Position numbers and translations under genes: made by a program | Notes under the pieces: model-generated | Seen by the model: only the letters and a program-made list of their open reading frames with translations | What the model was told of the DNA's origin: nothing | The model's database searches: none | NCBI GenBank assembly: GCA_963782055.1 | Contig: CAWAIF010000003.1 | Coordinates: 2,688,001-2,752,000, forward strand | Direction of reading: 5' to 3' | Source of the DNA: an uncultured delta proteobacterium | GTDB taxonomy: Bacteria > Myxococcota_A > Polyangia > Polyangiales > Polyangiaceae | DNA: 64,000 nt | Part shown: positions 13,225-23,701 of the stretch, in pieces | Position numbering within the stretch: the first letter of the stretch is position 1 | Layout: each line of letters begins with the position of its first letter

Positions 13225-15372
13225 ATGTCAGCCGCGGTCCGCGAGAAGCTGTTCACGTGCAACCTGTGCGAGGCGATGTGCGGGGTGCGCGTGGCGATGG
13301 ACGGGGAGCGGGTGACGGGCATCCGGGGCGACGCGGCGGACGTCTTCTCCCGCGGGCACATCTGCCCGAAGGCCAACGCCCTCCGCGAGCTGCTCGAGGA
13401 CCCGGACCGCCTGCGCCACCCGGTGCGGCGCACCTCGTCGGGGTGGGAGCGCATCGGTTGGGACGACGCGCTCGACCTCGCGGTGCGCGGGGTGCGCGAC
13501 GTGCGGCGGCGGCACGGGCGGGACGCGGTTGCCTTCTACTTCGGCAACCCGACGGTCCACAGCCACCGGGCGTCGTTCGGGACGCAGGCGCTCGCCGCCG
13601 CGCTTGGCACCAAGAACCGCTTCGACGCCAACTCGCAGGACTCCAACCCGCGCCTCTTCGCCTGCATGCTGGTGTACGGGGACGCGCTGAGCATCCCCGT
13701 GGCGGACGTGGATCGCACCGAGCACATGCTGCTCTTCGGCGCCAATCCGGCGGCGTCCAACGGCAGCATGATGGCGCTCGGGGACGTGCGGGCGCGCATG
13801 CAGGGCATCCGCGCGCGCGGCGGGAAGGTGGTGCTCTTCGACCCGCGCCGTACCGAGACGGCGGCGTGGAGCACCGCGCATCACTTCGTGCGTCCGGGTG
13901 GAGACGCGGCGCTCCTCTTCGCCATGCTCGACGTCGTCTTCCGCGAGGCGCGCCTGGACCTCCCCGCGCTGCGCAGCCGGGCGAGCGGCGTGGACGCTCT
14001 GCGCGCCCTCGCCGCGCGCTTCCCGCCCGAGCGCGTCGCCGCGGCGGTCGGCGTACGGGCGGAGACCATCCGCGCCGTGGCCCTGGAATTCGCCGCGGCC
14101 GACCGCGCGTGCGCCTACGGCCGCATCGGCACCTGCCAGAACCTCTTCGGGCCCGTCGCGTCGTGGCTCATCGAGGCGCTCAACGTCGTGACCGGCCACC
14201 TCGACCGCGAGGGCTGCATGATGTTCCCCACCGGGCCCATCGACATCGGGCCGCTCGGGCGCGCGCTGGTGGGCAATCACTGGGGGCGGTGGCGCTCCCG
14301 CGTGCGCGGGCTGCCCGAGTTCCTGGGCGCGCTGCCCTCCGCGGTGATGGCGGAGGAGATGGAGACGCCCGGCGACGGGCAGATCCGCGCGTTCGTCTGC
14401 TTCGCCGGCAACCCGGTGCTCTCCACCCCCAACGGCGAGCGCCTCGGCCGCGCGCTCGCCGGCCTGGAGCACGTCGTCGCGGTGGACCTGTTCCTCAACG
14501 AGACCTCGCGCCACGCGCACCTCGTGCTCCCTCCGCGCCACGTCTTCGAGACCGGCAACTTCGACCTCGTGCTCTCGCGCTTCACCGTGCGCAACGTCGC
14601 CAAGTACAGCCCGCCCATCCTCCGCACCGACGACGACACGCGCGACGACTGGGACATCATGGGCTCCCTCGCGCTCGGGATCGCCGGCCCGGCCGGGCGC
14701 GTCGCGCGTCGTCTCTGGCGCCGCGCCTCCGCCTCGCTGCCCGAGCGGGCCATCGACGCGCTCCTGCGCACCGGCCCCTACGGGCTGAGCCTCGCCCGCC
14801 TGCGCGAGGCCGAGCACGGCATCGACCTCGGACCCCTCGTCCCCTCGCGCGGCGCGCACCTCCGTACGCCCGACGGCCGCGTGCGCCTCGCGCCGGACGC
14901 GCTCGTCGCCGACGTCGACCGCCTGGACCGGTGGGTGGACGACGCGCGCGACGCCGGGCTGGTGCTCATCGGGCGACGCCACCTGCGCAGCAACAACTCG
15001 TGGCTCCACAACGCGCGCTCGCTGGTCAAGGGTCCGGACCGATCCATGCTGATGATGCACCCCGACGACGCGAAGCGCCTCGGCCTGGCCGACGGCGCGC
15101 GGGTCCGCGTCCGGAGCAGGGTGGGGGAGGTGGAGGTCGTCCTCGCGGTGACGGACGACATGATGCCCGGCGTCGTGTCGCTCCCGCACGGCTTCGGTCA
15201 CGCCGCCGCCCGCGCCACACTGCGCGTGGCGGGCGCGCTCCCCGGCCCGAACGCCAACGCGCTGACCGACGAGCTCCTCGTCGAGCCGGTCATCGGCACC
15301 TCCGTCCTGAACGGCGTGCCCGTCGTCGTCGAGCAGGCGAAGGCAGCCGGGGAGGTCCATGCACCGGCGTAA
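13225..15372 (+). CDS. Molybdopterin-dependent oxidoreductase with N-terminal 4Fe-4S site
   Basis: TCNLCEAMCG...GHICPKA; FGANPAASNG; C-terminal molybdopterin dinucleotide-binding domain (RHLRSNNSWLHN, MHPDDAKRLG, PHGFGH). Confidence 0.92.
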   Translation: MSAAVREKLFTCNLCEAMCGVRVAMDGERVTGIRGDAADVFSRGHICPKANALRELLEDPDRLRHPVRRTSSGWERIGWDDALDLAVRGVRDVRRRHGRDAVAFYFGNPTVHSHRASFGTQALAAALGTKNRFDANSQDSNPRLFACMLVYGDALSIPVADVDRTEHMLLFGANPAASNGSMMALGDVRARMQGIRARGGKVVLFDPRRTETAAWSTAHHFVRPGGDAALLFAMLDVVFREARLDLPALRSRASGVDALRALAARFPPERVAAAVGVRAETIRAVALEFAAADRACAYGRIGTCQNLFGPVASWLIEALNVVTGHLDREGCMMFPTGPIDIGPLGRALVGNHWGRWRSRVRGLPEFLGALPSAVMAEEMETPGDGQIRAFVCFAGNPVLSTPNGERLGRALAGLEHVVAVDLFLNETSRHAHLVLPPRHVFETGNFDLVLSRFTVRNVAKYSPPILRTDDDTRDDWDIMGSLALGIAGPAGRVARRLWRRASASLPERAIDALLRTGPYGLSLARLREAEHGIDLGPLVPSRGAHLRTPDGRVRLAPDALVADVDRLDRWVDDARDAGLVLIGRRHLRSNNSWLHNARSLVKGPDRSMLMMHPDDAKRLGLADGARVRVRSRVGEVEVVLAVTDDMMPGVVSLPHGFGHAAARATLRVAGALPGPNANALTDELLVEPVIGTSVLNGVPVVVEQAKAAGEVHAPA

Positions 15373-18106
15373 CCCGGCGGCGTGGGCCGTCGCGCTGCTC
15401 GCCGTCCTCGCCGCTGCGTGGCCGGAGTGCTCCTCCGAGCCGCCGCCGCCCGCACCGCGCCCCCTCACGGCCGACGAGATCGCCCTGCGCAACGAGCTGG
15501 GCATCCCCCTCGACGCGCAGACCGTCGTCGTCTTCCAGCAGGCCGCCCACCTGGACATCGACTGGCAGAAGACCTTCGACGACTACTACACGTCCTACGT
15601 CGACGACATCTTCACCCGCGCGCGCAAGATCCTCGATACCCAGCCGCGCGCCTTCTACACCGTGACGGAGATGGCGTACCTGCAGCACCACGTCGAGACG
15701 CACCCGGACGAGCTCGCGCCGCTGCAGGCCGCCGCCGCGCGCGGGGCGCTGCACATCGTGGGCGGCGGCATGACCAGCCCCGACACCGTCCTGCCCGAGA
15801 CCGAGCTCCTCGCCCGCGACTTCCTCTACGGCATCCAGTTCGCCGAGGACACCATCGGCGCGCACCCGACCGCCGCCTACCTCCCCGACTCCTTCGGCCA
15901 CGCCGCGACGGCGCCGGACATCCTCGCCGCCGCCGGCTACGACAGCGTCGCCTTCTCGCGCATCGACGGCGCGCCCACCCTCTTCCAGTGGCTCTTCCAC
16001 GCCGACAGCGAGCCCACCCCCGGATCCACCGCCGAGACGCTGAAGAAGCTGGGCAGCGCCGACTTCGTCTGGCAGGGCACCGGCGGCGCCAAGGTGCTCG
16101 CGCACTTCATGTCCGGCCCGGCGCTCTACTGCGAGGGCGACAACATCGACTACCAGGAGAAGCTCCAGACGCCCGGCGGGCACCTCGGCGCCTTCGCCGG
16201 CGACGACACCTCCTACACCGACGGGCAGATCGACGGCTACGTCGCCACAGCCAGGCCGTGGGCCAGGACGCCGTACATCTTCATCCCCGTCGGCTGCGAC
16301 TTCGAGCCGCCGAAGGAGCGCCTCGTCGAGTACCTGGACGGCTACGATCAGCGCCGCTACCCGACGACGCACGTGTGGGCGGTGGCCGCGCCCTTCGACG
16401 ACTACGCCCGCTTCGTCCGCGCCTACGAGGACCTGCTCCCGGAGGTGGACGGCACCCTCACGCCCTACTTCACCGGCTTCTACGGCACCCGCCCGGCGGT
16501 CAAGCGCGCCACGCGCGACGCCGCGCGCCCCTTCTTCGAGGCGGAGACCTTCGCGACGGCGCTCGGCGACGAGGGCCGGACGCTGGTCGCAGCCCAGGCG
16601 CCCGCGCTGCGCAAGCTGACCCGCGCCGATCACCACGACTTCATCACCGGGACCTCCAACGACGAGGTCGTGACCACCGAGCAGATGCCCCTCCTCGCCG
16701 AGGCGCAGGCCGCCGGGCAAGCCTCGCTCGAGCAGGTGGTGGCCGCGCTGGCGAAGCGCATCCCGCTCGAGCCGCAGGGCGTGGGACGCGCGCTCGCCCT
16801 CAACGCCTCGTCCGCGCTCCGAAGCGGGGTGGCGCACCTCACCGTCCCCATCAGCGCCGGCGCGACGCCCGACCTGCACGCGATCGCGGCCGGCGAGCCC
16901 GTGCCGATGGAGCTCGCGCGCACGCCCGGTCCAAAGGACACCACCGCCACCTTCCGCCTGGCGCTCGCCGCCGTGCGGCCCTTCTCCTGGCGCACCGTCA
17001 CCCTGCTGCCGGGCGCCGTCGCGCCGCAGCGGCAGGTCACGCTGGAGACGCTGGACGCGAGCGACGCGCCGGCGAGCGGGCAGGCTGTGTCCCACGTGAT
17101 CCTGAAGAACGCGCACGTGCACGCCGAGTGGCGCAAGGACGGGAGCGGCAGGTTCTCGCTCACCTCCCTCCTGGTCGACGGGGCGCAGGCCATCGCCGGC
17201 AGCTCGGTGCTGTTCCACGACTACACCGACACCGGCGGCCTCTGGCGGCTGGGCAACGAGATGCTGGGCTGCGAGCTCACGGCCAAGGTCGGCGACTCCG
17301 GCGCGCCCGACACCCTCGAGGTGCTGGACGACGGCGCCCTCGAGGTGCGCGTGGCCTTTCACACCGGCGCCGTCACCCGCGAGGCCTCGCTCGGGGCCGG
17401 CGACACCGGCCTCGACATCGCGGTGACCACCAACGCGGCGGAGGGCACCACGCGCACCGTCGGCTTCTCCCTCGCCGTCCCTCCCGACGCCAAGCTGCAG
17501 ACCTCCCTCGCCGGCGGCTACGCCGAGCGCCCGCTCGAGGCGCTCTACTCGCCGACCTTCTGGCCCGCCGTCGCGTGGGTGCGCGCGGGGGACTGGGCCA
17601 TCGCGCTGCGGCAGTCGACCGGCGTGCGCATGAGCACGCCCGGCGAGCTGGAGCTGATGGCGGCGCGCGACGCGCGCGGGGAGAAGTGCGAGGTGGAGGG
17701 CGGCACGGGCAGCGATCCCGACCTGCACCGCATCGAGTGGCGCATCGAGCACGCGCCGTCGCCGGCGGACGCGGCGCGGGCGGCGCAGGCGTTCGACAGG
17801 CCGCTGACGCTGGCGATGGTGGACGCGAGCCAGGCGCAGACGACCGACCTGCCGGAGGAGCGCTCCTTGCTTCAGGTGGACGGCGACGGCATCGTGACCG
17901 CGCTGAAGCCCGCCGAGCGCGGGAGCGGGCTCATCGTGCGCGCGGTCCTGCTGCCGGGGCCGGTGGTGGTGCGCGGGCTCGCCGGGAAGAAGGTGACCGC
18001 GGTGGATCTGGCGGAGCGTGATCTGCGGTCGATGGGGACCGCGGGCGACGGCCTGGTGCTGGACGCCGGGGAGCTCGGGAGCATCGCCAGCGTGCGCGTG
18101 GAGTGA
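15359..18106 (+). CDS. Secreted glycoside hydrolase family 38 (alpha-mannosidase-like)
   Basis: HLDIDW Zn motif, PDSFGH nucleophile motif, HHDFITGT; N-terminal signal peptide. Confidence 0.8.
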   Translation: MHRRNPAAWAVALLAVLAAAWPECSSEPPPPAPRPLTADEIALRNELGIPLDAQTVVVFQQAAHLDIDWQKTFDDYYTSYVDDIFTRARKILDTQPRAFYTVTEMAYLQHHVETHPDELAPLQAAAARGALHIVGGGMTSPDTVLPETELLARDFLYGIQFAEDTIGAHPTAAYLPDSFGHAATAPDILAAAGYDSVAFSRIDGAPTLFQWLFHADSEPTPGSTAETLKKLGSADFVWQGTGGAKVLAHFMSGPALYCEGDNIDYQEKLQTPGGHLGAFAGDDTSYTDGQIDGYVATARPWARTPYIFIPVGCDFEPPKERLVEYLDGYDQRRYPTTHVWAVAAPFDDYARFVRAYEDLLPEVDGTLTPYFTGFYGTRPAVKRATRDAARPFFEAETFATALGDEGRTLVAAQAPALRKLTRADHHDFITGTSNDEVVTTEQMPLLAEAQAAGQASLEQVVAALAKRIPLEPQGVGRALALNASSALRSGVAHLTVPISAGATPDLHAIAAGEPVPMELARTPGPKDTTATFRLALAAVRPFSWRTVTLLPGAVAPQRQVTLETLDASDAPASGQAVSHVILKNAHVHAEWRKDGSGRFSLTSLLVDGAQAIAGSSVLFHDYTDTGGLWRLGNEMLGCELTAKVGDSGAPDTLEVLDDGALEVRVAFHTGAVTREASLGAGDTGLDIAVTTNAAEGTTRTVGFSLAVPPDAKLQTSLAGGYAERPLEALYSPTFWPAVAWVRAGDWAIALRQSTGVRMSTPGELELMAARDARGEKCEVEGGTGSDPDLHRIEWRIEHAPSPADAARAAQAFDRPLTLAMVDASQAQTTDLPEERSLLQVDGDGIVTALKPAERGSGLIVRAVLLPGPVVVRGLAGKKVTAVDLAERDLRSMGTAGDGLVLDAGELGSIASVRVE

Positions 18107-18113
18107 CGCCGCG

Positions 18114-21100
18114 TCACGGCGCGAGCACCGACGCGATCGCCTCCGGCTCGACGATCGCCTGCCCGCTCATCCACTCCCGCGCTCGCGTGACCATCGCGCG
18201 GCCCTCGTCCCCGCCGATCAGCTTGCCCAGCCGCAGCCGCGCCACCGCGGCGTGGAGCGCCATGTCGCACGCGTCGGCGTCGCGCGCCGCCTGATCGAAG
18301 GAGGCGACCGCGCGCTGCGGCTCGCCGCGCGCGTGGGCCACGCACCCCCGGAGCAGCGCCGCGATGGCGAGCGCCCACGGCGCGCCGGTGCGCGCCACGT
18401 CGTTGGCGTGGCGGGTGGCGTCGTCGAGGAGCTCCCGGCGCCGCGTGCTCTGCCGCCGCGCGTACGCCACCGCCGCGCGCGCGCGGATGTCGTCCAGGAT
18501 GACGCGCTCGTTCTGGATGCGCATCAGCCCCCCGCGGTCCAGGCCGGGCCACGCCTCCGCGACGCGGTGGTAGGCGCGCTCCGCGTCGCCGTCGTAGAGG
18601 TCCGCCTGCGCGCGCGCCTGCACCTCCTGCGACTGCAGCAGCTTGTGCGTCCCCGCCGGCGCGTCGCGCGTCGCCTCGTCGATGTGGCGCCGTGCTGCCG
18701 CCGGGTCCCCTCCCGCCAGCCAGACGAAGTTGAGCAGGCCGGTCTGCAGGTTGCGCGTCGTGAACAGGTCCCCGCGCGCCTCGGCGTCGCCCAGCCGCTC
18801 CGGCACCTCCTCGCGCAGGCGGGCGATGCCGCCGAGCCACGAGAGCGCGCGCAGGGAGAAGAGCGTGGAGGTGGCGAGCTCCCAGGTTGCCCCGACGCAC
18901 GAGTCGCGGACCACCCGCGCCGCCTCCTCGCACCGCCGCCGCGCGCCCAGCCAGTAGCCGGAGAGGTAGAGGGCGAGCCCCTCGGAGGCGAGCACCAGCG
19001 CGTCGATGCGTGGATCGCCCACGCGCCGCGCCACCGTCCGCGCGCGGTCGAGCAGCTCCTCCCACCGCTCGCGCGCGTCGTCGCCCGCCGCGGCGACGTA
19101 GGCGGCCTCCACCGCCAGCGCCCGCGCGATGCGCCGTGGCTCGCCCGCGGACAGGGCGTGGAGCAGGCCGCGCGTCTGGAACTCGGCGCCGCGCAGGGTG
19201 TCCACCAGGCCCAGACCCAGACCGACGGTCCAGCACACGTCGATCCGCTGCAGATCGCGTCGAGGCACGTCCTCCTCGCGCCGCTCCTTGAAGCCCAGCC
19301 CGAAGACGCGCAGCTGCGTGCGCCGCAGCGCGAGCGAGGCCTGGGCGAGGGTGCGCGACGCCGGGATCTCCAGGCCCACCGCTGTGAGCACGTCGCGCAG
19401 GGCGGCGAGGCCGCTCTCGGTGTGGCCGCTCATCAGGAGCTGGTGGGCGGCGCGCCGGCGCAGCTCGATGGCCTCGTCCGGCGCGGAGGCCGCGTCCGCC
19501 GCCGCGAGGAAGGCGTCCGCAGCCTCCGCGCCCCGGCCGGAGGCGGAGAGCGCTTCGGCGAGGCGCAGCGTGCGGCCGCCCGCGTCGGCGTCGTCCGGCG
19601 CGAGCTCCAGCGCCCACTCGTACAGGCGCGCGGCGCGGTCGAAGGCGAGGGATGCGAGCGCCTGATCGGCCGCCTCTGCCGCGTAGCGCCCCGCCTTGTC
19701 CAGCGCGCCCGCCCCTCGCCAGTGCTCGGCGAGCGACTCGAAGTCGGCGAGGTCCGACTCCTCCAGCGCGAGGGCGATGGTCTCGTGCAGGGCGGGCGCC
19801 TCCTCGTCCAGGTGGGCGCGCACCGCCTGGCGAACGCGGTCGTGGTAGGTCTCCAGCAGCACCGCGTCGCGGCGCTGGGTGGTGCGCACCAGGTGCTCGG
19901 CGCGCAGGGCGCCCACGTCCTTGTCCAGCTCGGCGGCGTCGGTGAAGCCGGCGGCCCGGGCGGCCGCGTCGCGCGGCAGCGGGCCTCGGGCGAGCGAGAG
20001 CACCGACAGCAGCTTGCGGGCGCGCGGCGCCTTCGCGGCGATGCGCTCCCACAGCGCGTCGTCCAGGCGCAGGCGAGACGGCGGGCGCGAGACCACCGCC
20101 GCGTGGCGCACCAGCTCGTCGATGAAGAGGGGGTGGCCGCCGCCCTCCTGCGCGATGGCGGCGGCGGAGCTCTCCGGGGGGCGCGACGCGTCGGAGAAGG
20201 CGCGCCGGATGAGGCGCTCCGCCAGCTCGCGCGCGGCCTCCGCGCCGAGCGGCTCCAGGTGCAGCGTGCGGACGTCGCCCGGCATGGCTCCCGACCCCAC
20301 GTTGAGCCGGCTCTGCGGGAGCGAGGGTGCCGGCCCCGCCGGGGGCGCCGCGTGCGCGGTGGTTCGCACCGTGGCGAGCAGGAGAATCGCGGGCGCGCCG
20401 GGCGGGCGCATGATCTCGCGCAGGCAGAGCAGGCTGTCGGCGTCGGCCCACTGCAGATCGTCGATGACGACGACGACGCGCGACCGCCGCGCCAGCCGCA
20501 CGAACAGCTCGCGCAGGGCGGCGAAGACGCGCGCGCGGCGCTCGGTGGGGTCGAGGGCGGCGAGCTGGGGCTGCGCCGCCTGGGAGATGGCGCGCACCCG
20601 CGCCAGCACCGGGAAGACGTCGGCGAGCAGCCCGGGCTGCGCGGGAAGCACCGCCTCGATGTCCGCCGCGGGCATGCGCTCCAGCGCGCGGCTGAGCGCG
20701 TCGATGACACCGTCGATCGCCTTGTACGGAACCGACTCGCGCTCGTAGCACCGGCCCGTGAGCACCAGCGGCGCCGGCCCGTCCTGCCGCGCGAGCGCGT
20801 CGGCGAAGTGGCGCACGAGCACGGTCTTGCCCAGGCCGGACTCGCCGTCGACGTAGACCGTCACCCCCGCGCCCCTCGCCGTCGCCTCGTACGCGCGCCC
20901 GAGCTCGGCCATCTCCAGCTCGCGCCCGACGAAATCGGCGTCCTGCGGCGAGGAGGTGGGCACCAGCGAGACGCGCCCCGCGCCGCCCAGCCGCTCCAGC
21001 ACCTGCGCGCCGGTGGGCCGCGCCGCCGGGTCGATCGCGAGCAGGTCCATGCAGAGCGCCTCCAGGTCCGCCGGCACGCCCTGGGCCACCTCGCTCGGCG

Positions 21101-21893
21101 CCGGCGGCAGCGCCCTCTGCTTGGTGGAGAGCACCTCGAAGGCGCTCCCGTGGAAGGGGAGCTGCCCGGTGAGCGCCTCGTAGAGCATCGTACCGACGCC
21201 GTACCAGTCCGCCTCCGGGCCGACCGGCGAGGCCTGCGCCTGCTCCGGCGCCATGTACGGGACCGTCCCGGCGATCCCCTGCCCGGAGGTGTGCGGGCTG
21301 ACGTTGGCGTCGATGACCAGCCCGAAGTCCACCAGCACCACGCGCCCCGCGGCGGAGACGAGGACGTTGGTGGGCTTGATGTCGCGGTGCACCTTCCCCG
21401 CCGCGTGCAGCGCGTACAGGCCGCGCGCGAGCTGCGCCAGCGCCCCCCGCAGTCGCTCCTCGCTCAGGGTGCCGGCGCCGTGCGCGCCCGCGCCGACCAT
21501 CGAGTCACGCGGGTCGGAGGCGGCGGGGAGGGTCTCGGCGCCCTGCACCTGGCTCGGGGTGTCGGCGATGCTCTCGCTCACCACGCCCGGTCGCACGTGG
21601 GAGAGGAAGTCGGTCCCCACGACCAGCTCCATCGTGAAAAACCACTGCCCCTGCTCCTCGATCAGCTCTCCGAGAGAGATGAGGTTGTCGTGCTGGATGT
21701 CCGCGAGCGCGCGAAACTCCGACTTGAAGAGCAGCAGCGACGAGGGCTCGATCGCCCGCAGCGTCTTGAGCGCCACGCGCGCGCCGCGCCGGGCGTCGTG
21801 CGCCTCGTACACCACGCCCATCCCGCCGCCGCCGATGCGACGCACCACGCGGAAGCGCGACGTCCCCTCGAACTCCGGCGTGCTCTCGGCCAC
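18114..21893 (-). CDS. Ser/Thr protein kinase + AAA ATPase + TPR-like
   Basis: GGGGMG, VALK, HRDIKPTN, DFG, YMAPE; P-loop GESGLGKT; IDDLQW. Confidence 0.92.
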   Translation of the reverse strand: MAESTPEFEGTSRFRVVRRIGGGGMGVVYEAHDARRGARVALKTLRAIEPSSLLLFKSEFRALADIQHDNLISLGELIEEQGQWFFTMELVVGTDFLSHVRPGVVSESIADTPSQVQGAETLPAASDPRDSMVGAGAHGAGTLSEERLRGALAQLARGLYALHAAGKVHRDIKPTNVLVSAAGRVVLVDFGLVIDANVSPHTSGQGIAGTVPYMAPEQAQASPVGPEADWYGVGTMLYEALTGQLPFHGSAFEVLSTKQRALPPAPSEVAQGVPADLEALCMDLLAIDPAARPTGAQVLERLGGAGRVSLVPTSSPQDADFVGRELEMAELGRAYEATARGAGVTVYVDGESGLGKTVLVRHFADALARQDGPAPLVLTGRCYERESVPYKAIDGVIDALSRALERMPAADIEAVLPAQPGLLADVFPVLARVRAISQAAQPQLAALDPTERRARVFAALRELFVRLARRSRVVVVIDDLQWADADSLLCLREIMRPPGAPAILLLATVRTTAHAAPPAGPAPSLPQSRLNVGSGAMPGDVRTLHLEPLGAEAARELAERLIRRAFSDASRPPESSAAAIAQEGGGHPLFIDELVRHAAVVSRPPSRLRLDDALWERIAAKAPRARKLLSVLSLARGPLPRDAAARAAGFTDAAELDKDVGALRAEHLVRTTQRRDAVLLETYHDRVRQAVRAHLDEEAPALHETIALALEESDLADFESLAEHWRGAGALDKAGRYAAEAADQALASLAFDRAARLYEWALELAPDDADAGGRTLRLAEALSASGRGAEAADAFLAAADAASAPDEAIELRRRAAHQLLMSGHTESGLAALRDVLTAVGLEIPASRTLAQASLALRRTQLRVFGLGFKERREEDVPRRDLQRIDVCWTVGLGLGLVDTLRGAEFQTRGLLHALSAGEPRRIARALAVEAAYVAAAGDDARERWEELLDRARTVARRVGDPRIDALVLASEGLALYLSGYWLGARRRCEEAARVVRDSCVGATWELATSTLFSLRALSWLGGIARLREEVPERLGDAEARGDLFTTRNLQTGLLNFVWLAGGDPAAARRHIDEATRDAPAGTHKLLQSQEVQARAQADLYDGDAERAYHRVAEAWPGLDRGGLMRIQNERVILDDIRARAAVAYARRQSTRRRELLDDATRHANDVARTGAPWALAIAALLRGCVAHARGEPQRAVASFDQAARDADACDMALHAAVARLRLGKLIGGDEGRAMVTRAREWMSGQAIVEPEAIASVLAP

Positions 21894-21950
21894 GAGCCGC
21901 AGGGTAGCGCGGGCCTCACCCCCCGTCCCCCTTCTCCCTGGGACGCTCTG

Positions 21951-22670
21951 CTACAGGGGGCAGTAGCCGGAGCAGGTGGTCTTGATGCAGCTGAAGATGG
22001 CCAGGCTCGCGTCGTCGTACCCGCCGTCGGCGCCGGCGTTGACGACGTCGGAGCAGTCGGGGGCGCCCACGCAGTCGCCGGCGTCCTTCGCGCAGTTGCC
22101 GATCTCGGTGCGCGGAACCTGCCCGTTGCGGCACGCGGGCACCAGCACGTCCCTGCAATCGTTCACGATGCACTGGCCGCATTGCGTCGCGGTGGAGATC
22201 TTGACGCTCTTGCCGCTGCACCCGGAGTAGGTGATGTCACAGAACTGACACACGCTCTCGCAGGCGCCGCCGACGAGCACCCGGATGTTGCTGGCGTAGG
22301 CGGCCTCGTCGTCGGCGTTGGAGATGGACGCGTCGGACTTGGGGAAGAAGGTGTCGCAGTCGAAGTTGTTGACGCTCGGGTCGGTGGCGCAGCTCTCCAT
22401 GTCGGTGAGGACGTAGGAGTTGGGGTTCTTGCCGCAGAGGTTGTCCGCCATCGTCCCGGCGTTGTCCTCCATGCACTTGCCGCACGCCCCGAGGTTGGTG
22501 AGGATGTCGCGGCAGCCGTTGTTGGTCACCTGCCCGTCGGTGTCGCCCCCATCCGCGCCGTTACCCAGGCCGTTGACCTGCGAGAAGACGTAGAGGCTGC
22601 ACGCGAGCGGGCCGGTGACGGCCATCGACGCCACCGCGAGGCCGAGGATCACGCGAAGGGGGCGCGCCAT
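21951..22670 (-). CDS. Cys-rich putative lipoprotein
   Basis: Signal peptide ending LAC, many Cys pairs; translationally coupled to the upstream gene. Confidence 0.7.
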   Translation of the reverse strand: MARPLRVILGLAVASMAVTGPLACSLYVFSQVNGLGNGADGGDTDGQVTNNGCRDILTNLGACGKCMEDNAGTMADNLCGKNPNSYVLTDMESCATDPSVNNFDCDTFFPKSDASISNADDEAAYASNIRVLVGGACESVCQFCDITYSGCSGKSVKISTATQCGQCIVNDCRDVLVPACRNGQVPRTEIGNCAKDAGDCVGAPDCSDVVNAGADGGYDDASLAIFSCIKTTCSGYCPL

Positions 22671-23668
22671 CAGAAGGTCCCCCCCGCCGAGAGCATCCCG
22701 CCGCCGGGAAGGGGCGCGAGCCCCACCTGCGTGTTCTTGGTCACGTGGACCTTGGGGACGACCAGCCAGCCGACGAAGGAGACGATGCCCACCCCGAGCA
22801 GGATGTCGGTCGCCACGCCGAAGCCGACCGCCGCGCTCTTGCTGCCGGCGCCCTTCGACGTGCAGGTGCCGCCCGTGCACTCCTTCTGCGCGTCCTGGAC
22901 GAAGGCGAAGGCGAAGATGCCGGTGAGCGCCGCGCCGCCGAGCGATGCCAGGCTCACCACGCTCAGTCCCTTGCGGAGCCCGACGTTGGCCGGCTCGGTG
23001 TGGTCGACGACGTCGGGGGTCGCGCTGCCGTCGTCGGTCGTCGCGGTGGCCGCGGACGATCCCGAGGGCACGCGCATCGTCACCTGCCGCTGCTCACCCA
23101 CGCCGAGGTCCACCACCCGCTGCGCGCGCGGATCGCCGTCCACCAGCAGCTGGATGACGTGCCGTCCCGGGTTCACGCGGCGGGGCACCGAGAGCGCCGC
23201 CCGCTTGACCAGCTCCCCGTCCACCGAGACCTGCCCCTCGCCTTGCAGCCGGATGACGAGCTGGGGGATCTTCTGCTCCAGCTCGTCGGCGAGCTGCTGC
23301 GACTGCTCGCGCGCCTTGCGCGCCTCCGCGGACTCGTGCCGGCGCACCGGGAGCGCCACCGCCGCGACGAAGGCAGCCCGCGCCTCCACCAGATCGTTCA
23401 TCGACTGGTAGGTCTTGCCCAGCTCGAAGCCGATGCGCGGGGTGGGCACCAGCGAGTAGGCGGCCTTGAACTTCACGACCGCGGCCTTGGGGTCGTGGCT
23501 CTTGTCGCGCAGGTCGAGGCCCTGCAGGAAGGCGGCGCGGGCGCTCTCCACGTCGGCTGCAGAGGGCTGGCTCTGCGCCAGCGCGGGCGCCGGGCGTCCG
23601 GCCACCAGGGCGAGGGCGAGGGCGCCGAGGGCGAGAGCCCTGCGGGCGGAGCGTGCCGAGCGAGCCAT
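22670..23668 (-). CDS. TPR/PEGA-like exported membrane protein (myxobacterial kinase-operon type)
   Basis: Signal peptide, TPR-like helix pair, VSVDG...VNPGRHVI PEGA-like segment, C-terminal hydrophobic segments ending in GTF. Confidence 0.75.
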   Translation of the reverse strand: MARSARSARRALALGALALALVAGRPAPALAQSQPSAADVESARAAFLQGLDLRDKSHDPKAAVVKFKAAYSLVPTPRIGFELGKTYQSMNDLVEARAAFVAAVALPVRRHESAEARKAREQSQQLADELEQKIPQLVIRLQGEGQVSVDGELVKRAALSVPRRVNPGRHVIQLLVDGDPRAQRVVDLGVGEQRQVTMRVPSGSSAATATTDDGSATPDVVDHTEPANVGLRKGLSVVSLASLGGAALTGIFAFAFVQDAQKECTGGTCTSKGAGSKSAAVGFGVATDILLGVGIVSFVGWLVVPKVHVTKNTQVGLAPLPGGGMLSAGGTF

Positions 23669-23701
23669 CGTGGGCCCCCGTATACCGCAAGAGGTCATCG
23701 T

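Noticed and set aside
18018..23411. Very long antisense or alternate-frame ORFs (e.g. 18018-23411 +, 54835-59292 -, 157-1965 +, and the 5' part of 25233-29618 -)
   Set aside because: Shadow ORFs of high-GC coding DNA: Arg/Gly/Ala-rich, no motifs, overlapping well-supported genes.
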